Assembly (NCBI GenBank): GCA_964480345.1
Contig: CAYZNW010000004.1
Location: 27,962-91,961 of the forward strand
Length of the DNA stretch: 64,000 bases
Origin: an uncultured Candidatus Saccharibacteria bacterium
Lineage (GTDB): Bacteria; Patescibacteriota; Dojkabacteria; SC72
Direction: 5' to 3'
In this document: positions 9,955 to 18,804 of the stretch, piece by piece
How positions within the stretch are numbered: the first letter of the stretch is position 1
Layout of the letters: every line of letters starts with the position of its first letter
Notes under the pieces: generated by a model
What the model saw: only the letters and a program-made list of their open reading frames with translations
What the model was told of the DNA's origin: nothing
Databases searched by the model: none
Program-made: the position numbers and the translations under genes

Positions 9955-10434
9955 ATGGCAAAAGTTTTAAAAATACTTACAACTAAAGATAAAGAAGAGG
10001 AGAAATTACTAAGAGAAATTAGTACTCCAGTAACAAGTGAAGATATTAAGAGTAAAGCATTTAAAAACTTCATAGAGAATTTACTTGAAACAGCTAAACA
10101 GAGTAAAATCCCTGCATGCGGTATAGCCGCTCCTCAGGTTGGCGAGTACAAAAGGCTCTTCTATATACTGAACTACGATACAGATAAATGGGAGTTACTG
10201 ATAAACCCTGAAATAGAACCAATGGGATTTGCAAAAACCCAAATAAAAGAGGCATGTCTTAGTGTTCCTGAAATAGAGAAAGAAGTCCTTAGATACAGAA
10301 ATATTAAAGTGAAATTTCAAGATGCACAAGGAAATTGGCAAACAAAGAAATATAATGACTACAATGCCATAACTGTACAACATGAAAATGATCATTTAAA
10401 TGGTATACTTTTTGTAGATAAAGCTGAAAAATAA
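9955..10434 (+). CDS. def: Peptide deformylase
   Basis: GIAAPQVG, EACLSVPE and HENDHLNG (HExxH) motifs. Confidence 0.9.
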   Translation: MAKVLKILTTKDKEEEKLLREISTPVTSEDIKSKAFKNFIENLLETAKQSKIPACGIAAPQVGEYKRLFYILNYDTDKWELLINPEIEPMGFAKTQIKEACLSVPEIEKEVLRYRNIKVKFQDAQGNWQTKKYNDYNAITVQHENDHLNGILFVDKAEK

Positions 10435-10466
10435 CTATTACTTAAATTTATACTCTGCCCAATAAA

Positions 10467-11654
10467 ATGAATAAGAGAAAAACAATATTCATACCAATAC
10501 TCTCTCTGTTTACACTCATATTAATCTCTTCTACTGTACTAGCACAAGAGACTAAAGTTTCTGATGTACTAGGAGAAAATCCAGCTCAACCGGCTACTAC
10601 AGAGCAATTAGATCAGAAAGAAGCTCAACGAGAGACTGATTTTCTTAATCAGTTACTTTTAGAGATACCTGCAGAGACTGACAATCCTAGCTATACATTA
10701 ACCTTTACAGATCCATCATCTGACAAAAAAGGAGTCCAATTAGAAATAGATTCAAAATCTTACCAGGATATTAAAAGTCCATACTCTCTACCTGCCTTAA
10801 GTATTGGTAAACATACTCTTAAATTCAAATTTGCAGACAAATACAATACCACACAAATATTAGAGAAGGAGATTATAATACTTCCAAGACCTCCAATCAT
10901 TAGTACACCTAATATTTTAGAGAACAAATTAGTTTTAACAGGAACTGGCTTAGCTAACTCGGATTTAACATTAATCCTAGCATCAGATGATAGGATGGTA
11001 GTGAAAGAAGCTGCAGTAGATGCTGATGGTAAATGGAGTATATCCATAGAAGAGAATATACCTTCTGGAGTTTACTCTTTCATAGCATATTTAAGAAAAT
11101 ACGGCTTCTCTAGTAACTTATCACAACCAATTACTGCAAATATTGATAAAAACATAACCTCTGTAACAAGTAGTAATATTAATCAGAGTGAAGATATTCG
11201 TTTTGCTCTTAAAGATATTAAATTAGATAAACTCCCTGTTATTCTTTCAAGCAATCCAGATCTATTAGTAGTTATTTCAATAGGTTTTATACTTGGTATA
11301 ATCATCTCCTCGTTGATTTACGCTTTTTCTAAAGCAAGCAAAGAGAAAAAAGAGATTAAGAAGGTAGAGTGTATAGTAAAACCAAAAGAAGAAGATAGTA
11401 AGAAAGGGAAAACCCTTTTTGAAAAGCTTACTCAGGATATAGAGGAGAAGAAGGGTGAGGGGAATAAAGATAAAGGTAAGAAAGAGGAGGAAAAGATTGA
11501 TGATAAAAAGGATGTAAAGGAAGAGAAAAAACAAGAGAAACCTGAATTTCTATCTAAGATAGACTTCCTTAAAGACTTTAAGAAATTTGATCCTGATGAT
11601 GATAAAGGAAAAGAGAAAGATAACATCAAAGTATCATTAACATCTAAGGATTAA
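10467..11654 (+). CDS. Secreted single-pass membrane protein with an Ig-like ectodomain and a Lys/Glu-rich low-complexity cytoplasmic tail
   Basis: Signal peptide MNKRKTIFIPILSLFTLILISSTVLA|QE, a TM segment LLVVISIGFILGIIISSLIYAF, and a C-terminal KKGEGNKDKGKKEEEKIDDKKDVKEEKKQEK tail. Confidence 0.55.
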   Translation: MNKRKTIFIPILSLFTLILISSTVLAQETKVSDVLGENPAQPATTEQLDQKEAQRETDFLNQLLLEIPAETDNPSYTLTFTDPSSDKKGVQLEIDSKSYQDIKSPYSLPALSIGKHTLKFKFADKYNTTQILEKEIIILPRPPIISTPNILENKLVLTGTGLANSDLTLILASDDRMVVKEAAVDADGKWSISIEENIPSGVYSFIAYLRKYGFSSNLSQPITANIDKNITSVTSSNINQSEDIRFALKDIKLDKLPVILSSNPDLLVVISIGFILGIIISSLIYAFSKASKEKKEIKKVECIVKPKEEDSKKGKTLFEKLTQDIEEKKGEGNKDKGKKEEEKIDDKKDVKEEKKQEKPEFLSKIDFLKDFKKFDPDDDKGKEKDNIKVSLTSKD

Positions 11655-11660
11655 CAGTAG

Positions 11661-11744
11661 GCCAGGATGGTGAAATTGGCAGACACGCTGTGTTCAGAAC
11701 GCAGTCCTAGAAATAGGGTGGGGGTTCAACTCCCCCTCTTGGCA
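11661..11744 (+). tRNA. tRNA-Leu (anticodon CAG), type II with long variable arm, no encoded CCA
   Basis: Acceptor GCCAGGA/TCTTGGC, D stem GTG/CAC, anticodon stem CTGTG/CGCAG with loop TTCAGAA, variable arm TCCTAGAAATAGGGT, T arm GGGGG-TTCAACT-CCCCC, discriminator A. Confidence 0.85.
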
Positions 11745-11746
11745 AA

Positions 11747-13519
11747 TTAATCTTTCCAAACCCACTTCTCAATATTACTAAAACGATCATATGAATAGCT
11801 CATATTGCTAAGATCTATACCACTCCAACCATTTCGAACATAGTACAAAAATGACGGAGAGTAGAGAAATACTACTGGAGCATCCGCATTTAGATATCTC
11901 TGAAACAGTGTATATCTCTCTTTTCGTATATCTTTGTTGTTAGTCTTCCTACCATCTTCAAGCAAAATATCTACCCTCTCATAGTTATATCCAGAAAGAT
12001 TCAAATCAGGATAATTACTCTTTAAAGAGTGCCATAAATTATACTGATCTGGATCTATAGCAGTCTCTACTTCATACAGAAGAATCTCAAAATCTCGAGT
12101 AGCAATAATCTCCTGAGTTAATCTTGTATATGTAAGCCTTTCTACCTTCAGTACTATTCCTTCTTTTTTGTATAACTCAACAAGTAAATTAACAAGCCTA
12201 TCATTACTTACACTTCCTAAATAGCTAATTGTGAAAGTTAAGATCTCTCCATTACTTGCTTCATAATAACCACTACTCTCATTTTTCTTAAACTGCTTAC
12301 CACCAAGTAACTCAGATGCTTTAGTAGGATTATATTCATACTTCTCAATATTGCTATTGTATATCCAAGACTCACTTGGAATAGCTCCATAAATAATATG
12401 ACCACCAGAATCAAGCTCTTCCATAAACTTCTCTTTATTTAATAAGTAATTAAAAGCCTGTCTCACCTCTTTTGATTTCAAAGACTCTTTTCTAACATTA
12501 AAAAACAGAAGTTTCTTTCTATTCACCTCTTTCTCCTCATACAAGCTATAGTTCTTGTACTCATCAACAAAAGAGTAAAGTGCTCGATCCCAACCTCCAA
12601 TACCATCTAATGCACCAACTCTAAAAGACATCTCTAAACTCTCAATATCAGGGAAGACCTTAAATACTAAAGTCTTAATACTTGGATTAAAACCATCTAA
12701 CTCATTGTCTCGTAAATATACAGAGCTATCATCACTCCTAGTCACTCTGTACTTTCCACTTCCAACAGGATACTTTGTAAAAGAATCAAACAACATCTGT
12801 CTCGGATCAACATCTTCTAACCTGTCCATAGGTACAATATATACAGATACTAACTGAAAGAAAGTAGGATTAACCTCAGGAAGTACAAACCTAACTGTAT
12901 TCTCATTTGTTTTCTCTACAGTAACCTCCTGTATAGGGCTACCAATAGTGTCATATTCATAATTCTGAGCGAGTTTTATACCTGTCTGAAAAGTAAACAC
13001 AACATCATCGGCAGTAACTTTTGTCCTATCATGCCAATATTTACCATCTCCAATAACAAAATCATATGTCAAATAGTCAGAAGATACTCTCCACTCCTTA
13101 GCTATACCTGCTACAGGATCTCCGTTTTTGTCCAAATATACAAGTTTTTCAAAAACTAAACTCTGTACACTCTTGTCTAAATAGTTGTTAGTACTAAACA
13201 GAGGATTAAATGAAGAGATTGCTCCTATACTACCCTCTACATATGTATCTTTTTTGGTAGATCCATTAACAATATTAAGAAAGAAACTTGATTGAATTAC
13301 ACCAATGATTAATAGAGCAACTAAGCCAAAACAAAAAATGTAGCTTAAAGGAATAAATTTAGAGAATAGCTTCGATAAATATAAGGGATAGTTCCATACT
13401 ATCTCTCGTAAATCAATCTGAATAGATTGATTAGAGTTCTTAACAGTAGTAGAGATATCACCTAATGCTTCCTTCATAGAAGAACTCACCATTTTACTAA
13501 CTTTCTTTTTTGTAGGCAT
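11747..13519 (-). CDS. Family-5 extracellular solute-binding protein (Opp/Dpp-like), membrane-anchored by an N-terminal TM
   Basis: SBP_bac_5-like segments (AKEWRVSSDYLTYDFVIGDGKYWHDRTKVTADDVVFTFQ) and an N-terminal TM IFCFGLVALLIIGVI, 590 aa. Confidence 0.7.
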   Translation of the reverse strand: MPTKKKVSKMVSSSMKEALGDISTTVKNSNQSIQIDLREIVWNYPLYLSKLFSKFIPLSYIFCFGLVALLIIGVIQSSFFLNIVNGSTKKDTYVEGSIGAISSFNPLFSTNNYLDKSVQSLVFEKLVYLDKNGDPVAGIAKEWRVSSDYLTYDFVIGDGKYWHDRTKVTADDVVFTFQTGIKLAQNYEYDTIGSPIQEVTVEKTNENTVRFVLPEVNPTFFQLVSVYIVPMDRLEDVDPRQMLFDSFTKYPVGSGKYRVTRSDDSSVYLRDNELDGFNPSIKTLVFKVFPDIESLEMSFRVGALDGIGGWDRALYSFVDEYKNYSLYEEKEVNRKKLLFFNVRKESLKSKEVRQAFNYLLNKEKFMEELDSGGHIIYGAIPSESWIYNSNIEKYEYNPTKASELLGGKQFKKNESSGYYEASNGEILTFTISYLGSVSNDRLVNLLVELYKKEGIVLKVERLTYTRLTQEIIATRDFEILLYEVETAIDPDQYNLWHSLKSNYPDLNLSGYNYERVDILLEDGRKTNNKDIRKERYTLFQRYLNADAPVVFLYSPSFLYYVRNGWSGIDLSNMSYSYDRFSNIEKWVWKD

Positions 13520-13558
13520 ACTTAATCAGTATTTATACTTATGACTTAAAAAGCACAA

Positions 13559-13801
13559 TTAAGATGAATACTTAAGAACCAACAAGGACAATACTACTAA
13601 AACAACAACTAAGAAAATAGTAAAGTAGTACAGGAACTTCTCTAATCCTCTTTTGGTTCTAAATACTTCACCGCCACCACCAAACATAGATCCCAATCCC
13701 TCTGCACGATTCTGAAGAAGAATTGAAACTATTAAAAGAACACAAACCACTATTTGTGAAATTAAAAGTATTTGAGTTAAATTTTGTATCATAATCTCCA
13801 A
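13559..13801 (-). CDS. secG: Preprotein translocase subunit SecG
   Basis: Two TM helices flanking LLQNRAEGLGSMFGGGGEVFRTKRGLEKFL (SecG signature Gly-rich loop), 80 aa. Confidence 0.7.
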   Translation of the reverse strand: MEIMIQNLTQILLISQIVVCVLLIVSILLQNRAEGLGSMFGGGGEVFRTKRGLEKFLYYFTIFLVVVLVVLSLLVLKYSS

Positions 13802-13837
13802 TTATACATCATATAATTAAATATTTACTACAGTATT

Positions 13838-14248
13838 CTAAGATGACCTGTCTAATTCACGATAGATTGATGCTAAACATGCAATAGATAATGATGTAAG
13901 CACGATAGTAATTAATGGAGTAACATTAAAACTCTCAATATGTAAATTACCTATACTCAATGCATCAAAGTCATATGAATCAATTGTGAAATCTATCATA
14001 AACATCTTTAAAACAAAGAGTACTCCAACAAGTAAAACAGAACTCACTAGAAAGAATGTAATGAAGTTTGATTTCACTGTAAGAAATCTTAATAGAGGAT
14101 TAACAAAAGATATTGCTAATGCAATAAGAAAATATGTAAATAGCAAATATTCAGCACGCACAGGTAGATGGATACTACCTCCAAAAAGATCAATAGCTAA
14201 GTAAATAATAAGGAAATTAACAAAAAATTTCTTTATTTCTTCTTTCAT
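13838..14248 (-). CDS. Small 4-TM membrane protein, DUF360/YvlD-like (holin superfamily IV-like)
   Basis: GGSIHLP...LIALAISFVNPLL pattern and four hydrophobic segments. Assignment by pattern only. Confidence 0.4.
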   Translation of the reverse strand: MKEEIKKFFVNFLIIYLAIDLFGGSIHLPVRAEYLLFTYFLIALAISFVNPLLRFLTVKSNFITFFLVSSVLLVGVLFVLKMFMIDFTIDSYDFDALSIGNLHIESFNVTPLITIVLTSLSIACLASIYRELDRSS

Positions 14249-14354
14249 ATATACTTAAAGATAATCTTACTGACAACAGAATACTATGTTTAATGAAAAA
14301 ATACAAAATTTATTTCTTTTACTGTATACTGAATAAATAGAAATCGCTGCCCAA

Positions 14355-15758
14355 ATGAATAGCAATAGAACAGCAAGAACAAAAATAGTCGCAACAATAG
14401 GACCTTCCTCATGGGATGATACTGTATTGCGAGAGATGTATAGAAGTGGAATGTCACTAGCAAGGATTAATGCATCTTTTGCTGATTTTGCTGAATTGAA
14501 GAGGGTATCAGATCAACTTAGAAATATATCTCCACGAATATCAATAATATTGGATACACAGGGCAACAAAATTAGAGTTGCCAATTTAATTAATCCAATT
14601 GAGATCAAAGAAAAAGTTATTCTTTCTTCAGAAAACAGTGGAGAAAATATCATAAATGTCGGGTATCCTAAACTTCATGAAAACATCATAGTTGGCTCAA
14701 GAATAGCTTTAGATGATGGAAACATACAATTAACCGTAGCATCTATTGAGGGAAGCAATATACTTTGTGATGTCATTCAAGGAGGTACTCTTAAACCTAA
14801 CAAGACAGTTAATATACCTGATGTTAATCTTAAATTTCCTGTTCTAACTGAGAAAGATAAGCAGGATATCCTTTTTGCAGTAGAAAATAATTTTGATTTT
14901 GTATGTGCATCATTTGTAAGAAATGCGGAAGATGTTAGAACTGTTAAAAAGTTAATAGCTAATAGTAGTGTAGGCATTATTTCAAAGATTGAAAATAAAG
15001 AGGGGGTGAAAAATTTCTTAGAGATATTAAATGAATCTGATGGAATCATGATTGCAAGAGGAGATCTTGGTGTAGAGATAGATTTAGATAAAGTTCCAAT
15101 ATTGCAGAAGCAGATGATTCATAAGTGCAGAACAGTTGGTAAACCAGTGATAGTAGCGACACAGATGTTAGAGTCTATGAAAGAGAATATCCGCCCAACA
15201 AGAGCAGAAGTTTCAGATGTTGCAAATGCAGTCATGGATGGAGCTGATTGTTTAATGCTCTCAGCAGAGACTTCCACAGGAAAGTATCCTATTCAATCAG
15301 TTGCAACAATGTATAAAACAATATTAACCACAGAAACTGTAATGCAATCAAAAAAGATAGTTGGTAATACTGACGCAGGAGAAGATGTAGATGAAATAGG
15401 TAGTAGTATATTTAATATATCTCAAAATATAAACCTTAAAGCTATCTTACTTATCACAGATAACACTAGCACAATAGGCACTGTAAGCAGACATCGTCCA
15501 AACCTACCTATATATGTAGTTGGTAGTAAATTACAAAGTATTAGAAGAAATATTATCTACAATTCAGTAAAAACATATTACATTCAAAATCTATCATCCG
15601 ATAGAGACAGTAGCATCATAGAGGCAGTAGAGCAAATTTATGCACATGGGGAGTTGGATTTATGTGATAAAATTGCTATTATTAGCGGTAGCTCTATAAA
15701 AGGTAAAGATGGAGATAGCATTCTTGAGATTCTAACTGTCAAAGATATTCTCAAATAG
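14355..15758 (+). CDS. pyk: Pyruvate kinase
   Basis: RTKIVATIGPSS, MIARGDLGVEI and VIVATQMLESM motifs. Confidence 0.9.
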   Translation: MNSNRTARTKIVATIGPSSWDDTVLREMYRSGMSLARINASFADFAELKRVSDQLRNISPRISIILDTQGNKIRVANLINPIEIKEKVILSSENSGENIINVGYPKLHENIIVGSRIALDDGNIQLTVASIEGSNILCDVIQGGTLKPNKTVNIPDVNLKFPVLTEKDKQDILFAVENNFDFVCASFVRNAEDVRTVKKLIANSSVGIISKIENKEGVKNFLEILNESDGIMIARGDLGVEIDLDKVPILQKQMIHKCRTVGKPVIVATQMLESMKENIRPTRAEVSDVANAVMDGADCLMLSAETSTGKYPIQSVATMYKTILTTETVMQSKKIVGNTDAGEDVDEIGSSIFNISQNINLKAILLITDNTSTIGTVSRHRPNLPIYVVGSKLQSIRRNIIYNSVKTYYIQNLSSDRDSSIIEAVEQIYAHGELDLCDKIAIISGSSIKGKDGDSILEILTVKDILK

Positions 15759-15760
15759 AA

Positions 15761-15833
15761 GGTGACGTAGCCAAGTTGGTTAAGGCCGTGGTCTGCAAAA
15801 CCACTATCATGGGTTCGAATCCCATCGTCACCT
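15761..15833 (+). tRNA. tRNA-Cys (anticodon GCA), discriminator U73
   Basis: Acceptor GGTGACG/CGTCACC, anticodon stem GTGGT/ACCAC with loop CTGCAAA, T loop TTCGAAT. Starts 3 nt after the pyk stop. Confidence 0.85.
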
Positions 15834-15842
15834 AATTGTACT

Positions 15843-15929
15843 GCTGGGATGGCGGAACAGGCAGACGCGCGGGACTTAAAATCCCGTTCTAGAAATAGAG
15901 TGGGGGTTCGATTCCCCCTCCCAGCACCA
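15843..15929 (+). tRNA. tRNA-Leu (anticodon UAA), type II, with genomically encoded 3' CCA
   Basis: Acceptor GCTGGGA/TCCCAGC, anticodon stem CGGGA/TCCCG with loop CTTAAAA, variable arm TTCTAGAAATAGAGT, T arm GGGGG-TTCGATT-CCCCC, then ACCA. Confidence 0.85.
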
Positions 15930-15945
15930 CGAAGTTAAACAAACC

Positions 15946-16377
15946 ATGAATAAAAGTAATATAGAGCAACCTCTAAACAAACAAGATATCCTTTCAATAC
16001 TAAATAAGTATAAATTCGATAAAAGTGAATTTATCATCATATCAGGAGCCTCCATGGTATTACAGGATATTAAAAAAACGACTCATGATATAGATATAGC
16101 AGTATCACCAAATCTCCTCAATGACATTCTAGAAAAACATCAATGCGAAGTAGAAAAAGAAGATAAGGAAAGTAATAAGAGTGTATATTACCTAGATAAT
16201 TACATAAACTTTAGTACCAATTACTTTGATAATACCCAGTGGCAGTACTATCAAGGATACAAAATACAAACAGCTGATTCATTATTAAAATTAAAAAAAG
16301 AACTAAATAGAGAAAAAGATAAAGAAGATATCATATTAATAGAGGAATATATCAAAACAAAGAAATCAGATATATAA
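15946..16377 (+). CDS. Minimal nucleotidyltransferase-fold protein (Pol-beta NTase; Lnu(A)/ANT(2'')-like size and motif)
   Basis: FIIISGASMVLQDIKKTTHDIDIAV matches the hG[GS]x(9-13)DxD NTase motif, 143 aa. The resemblance to lincosamide/aminoglycoside nucleotidyltransferases is by pattern and length only. Confidence 0.45.
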   Translation: MNKSNIEQPLNKQDILSILNKYKFDKSEFIIISGASMVLQDIKKTTHDIDIAVSPNLLNDILEKHQCEVEKEDKESNKSVYYLDNYINFSTNYFDNTQWQYYQGYKIQTADSLLKLKKELNREKDKEDIILIEEYIKTKKSDI

Positions 16378-16408
16378 TAAAATATATTTAAAATAATAAA
16401 TAACAGAT

Positions 16409-16729
16409 ATGGCTGAACAAACAGGTTCTAAATCATATTTCGATGGTGGATTACTCCAACTAATTGGCTGGCGAATAGTAGGAATTTTAATAACTCTTCT
16501 AACATTTGGCATCTGCTTCCCCTGGGCCATCTGCATGCTATACTCTTGGGAAACAAAACATACTGTCATAAATGGAAAAAGATTGTATTTTGATGGGAAA
16601 GCAATTCAACTATTTGGATCTTGGATTAAATGGCTATTCTTTACAATAATTACATTAGGAATATACTCATTCTGGCTAGACATAGCACTAAAGAAGTGGA
16701 TTACAAAGCATACACACTTTCAAAACTAA
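16409..16729 (+). CDS. Small membrane protein with two DUF898 (YjgN)-like repeat modules
   Basis: Duplicated YFDG...G.W....T..T.GI..PW/FW...W.TKHT modules with ITLGIYSFW, similar to the YjgN repeat. Confidence 0.45.
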   Translation: MAEQTGSKSYFDGGLLQLIGWRIVGILITLLTFGICFPWAICMLYSWETKHTVINGKRLYFDGKAIQLFGSWIKWLFFTIITLGIYSFWLDIALKKWITKHTHFQN

Positions 16730-16734
16730 CTCTG

Positions 16735-16986
16735 CTACTCTGAATCATCAAACTTATCCAAATCAGAGTTACCACACTTAGGACAAACTTTCATGGGAAC
16801 AGCTCCCTCATATACATAGCCACATACTAAACATTTCCATCTAAGCCATCTAATATCCAAATCCTCCACTAACTGACTATCAGTAGGAACGGCAGGTATA
16901 GATTGCCCATTATTCACAGGCACAGTAGGGGAGATATTAGAAGTTGTATCATTTGAATTAAGATTGTTTTTTGATATATCCTCCAT
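16735..16986 (-). CDS. Rubredoxin-like zinc-ribbon protein with an N-terminal disordered extension
   Basis: WKCLVCGYVYEG...PMKVCPKCGNSDLDKF resembles rubredoxin CxxCGY...CPxCG knuckles. Confidence 0.5.
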   Translation of the reverse strand: MEDISKNNLNSNDTTSNISPTVPVNNGQSIPAVPTDSQLVEDLDIRWLRWKCLVCGYVYEGAVPMKVCPKCGNSDLDKFDDSE

Positions 16987-17563
16987 CTTTCAATCTTTCT
17001 AAAATTAGATCAAAAGTTTGAACCTCATTCATATTAGTACTATCTATTACTATATCATTGTACAATGACGGCTTGCTGTATTCAACTCCGTAAAGCTCCT
17101 TATATCTTTTCTCATCAAATCTTTTTCTGTAATACAAATCAATACAAGATTTCAGAAAAAGGAGTATCTTTTCTAGAATATTTAAATCTTTCTGTTTAGA
17201 AACAGTTCTCAAGCCTCTTCTCCACAGAGATGCTGTAAGCCAAATCTTAGCAGTACACTCAATACGCTCTACAGTAGCAATTCCTGCAAAGATTTTAGAA
17301 TCAATTACAACAAAACCAGTTTTAGCTCGCTCCCGCAAATAACTATCTATTTTCCTATCTGCATTTATCACATCCTCCTTCTTTCCATTTTTAAAGAATT
17401 CTTCTAGAGAGGAGAAACCTTTCTCTAATACCTCATCTCTCATTAGCTCTCCTCCATACACTCTTTCTAAACCAAACTGCTTGGCAAGCATAATAGATAT
17501 TGTAGAAGAGCCACTAGAGCCTGGTCCTCCAATAACAAAAATATAATTCTCTTTCTTATCCAT
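16958..17563 (-). CDS. cmk: Cytidylate kinase-like P-loop nucleotide kinase (archaeal/type-2 CMP kinase-like)
   Basis: P-loop FVIGGPGSSGSST. KIWLTASLWRRGLRTV matches the KIFLTAS..R.ERI region of short CMP kinases. Start set to the internal ATG (MDKKENYIF) at 17563 rather than the track start 17665. Confidence 0.65.
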   Translation of the reverse strand: MDKKENYIFVIGGPGSSGSSTISIMLAKQFGLERVYGGELMRDEVLEKGFSSLEEFFKNGKKEDVINADRKIDSYLRERAKTGFVVIDSKIFAGIATVERIECTAKIWLTASLWRRGLRTVSKQKDLNILEKILLFLKSCIDLYYRKRFDEKRYKELYGVEYSKPSLYNDIVIDSTNMNEVQTFDLILERLKDGGYIKKQS

Positions 17564-17595
17564 CTTGATATATAGTATAGTAATACTTAGATTGT

Positions 17596-18804
17596 ATGTC
17601 GAGAAGTACTGCTTCAACAAAACCAAAAAAACAGGGATACAAATCAGACAAGGTAATACTCTCATTTGCGATAGCTATGGCTATTTTCGGAGCCATAATG
17701 ATCTTCGATGCAAGTATATACAAAGCAAACGAATCATTTAATGACCCATTTCACTTTCTCAAACTTCAGGGAATATGGCTACTCGTAGGATTAATACCTG
17801 CCCTCATAATATACTTCTGGGACTACCGTAAACTTCTTAAACTTTCATTCCCAATATTAATGATTACTGTAATCCTACTAATAGCAGTGCTCATATTTGC
17901 ACAAGAGATAAACGGATCAAAAAGGTGGTTCTCCATAGGATCTCTACCACCAATACAACCTGCAGAATTTGCTAAAATTTCAATAATCCTCTACCTAGCA
18001 AGATGGTTAGGAAACAACAATTTCTTCTCATCAAATATTAAAACTGATTTTAAAAATACTTTTCTAAAAAGTTTCTTCAGCTTCGGAGTAATACTAGCTC
18101 TCATAATCCTTCCAATTTTTCTAGAGCCTGATCTAGGTACTACAGTTATGATTGGTATTACAGCATTTGCAATGTTCTTTGTTGCAAAAGAAGACAGAAA
18201 TCATAGATGGTTTAGTATATTAACTTTAATCGCCCTGTTTATCCCATTTATACTAATAGCTGGACTTCTAGCACCTTACAGACTAAAACGAATCACAACT
18301 TTTCTACATCTATTACTGACAGGAGAGGTGGCAGATCCTCAAGGAACAGGCTACCAGATACAACAAATTTTGATTGGTATAGGTTCAGGAGGATTATTTG
18401 GCACAGGATTTGGGCAATCAAGACAACGATTTGGATACTTAGTAGAAAACACTGCTTTCACCGATTCTATATTTGCAGTAATACTTGAAGAGATAGGGTT
18501 TCTAGGAGGAACAATACTTGTAATCGCATGGATACTATTTTTGTGGAGAGGATTAAAGATAGCAGTAAACGCACCAGACAAACAGGGAAGAATGCTTGCT
18601 ACGGGAATAACTGTTTGGTTATCACTTCAAGCATTTATAAACATGGCAGCAAATATAGGGTTAGTACCATTAACAGGAATACCTCTTCCTTTTCTTACAT
18701 ATGGAGGCTCTAGCACTATCGTAACCTTAATAGGAATTGGTATACTACTTAATATAAGTAAATATAGAAACAACAGTAATCAAAATGAGAAATATAGAAG
18801 ATAG
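17596..18804 (+). CDS. ftsW: SEDS-family peptidoglycan glycosyltransferase FtsW
   Basis: Ten-TM SEDS architecture with GSKRWFSIGSLPPIQPAEFAKISIILYLA. Directly precedes murG. Confidence 0.8.
   Translation: MSRSTASTKPKKQGYKSDKVILSFAIAMAIFGAIMIFDASIYKANESFNDPFHFLKLQGIWLLVGLIPALIIYFWDYRKLLKLSFPILMITVILLIAVLIFAQEINGSKRWFSIGSLPPIQPAEFAKISIILYLARWLGNNNFFSSNIKTDFKNTFLKSFFSFGVILALIILPIFLEPDLGTTVMIGITAFAMFFVAKEDRNHRWFSILTLIALFIPFILIAGLLAPYRLKRITTFLHLLLTGEVADPQGTGYQIQQILIGIGSGGLFGTGFGQSRQRFGYLVENTAFTDSIFAVILEEIGFLGGTILVIAWILFLWRGLKIAVNAPDKQGRMLATGITVWLSLQAFINMAANIGLVPLTGIPLPFLTYGGSSTIVTLIGIGILLNISKYRNNSNQNEKYRR

Noticed and set aside
11400-11640. Purine-rich (AAG/GAA) apparent nucleotide repeat
   Set aside because: It is the coding sequence of the K/E-rich tail of the 10467..11654 protein, not a non-coding repeat or CRISPR-like element.
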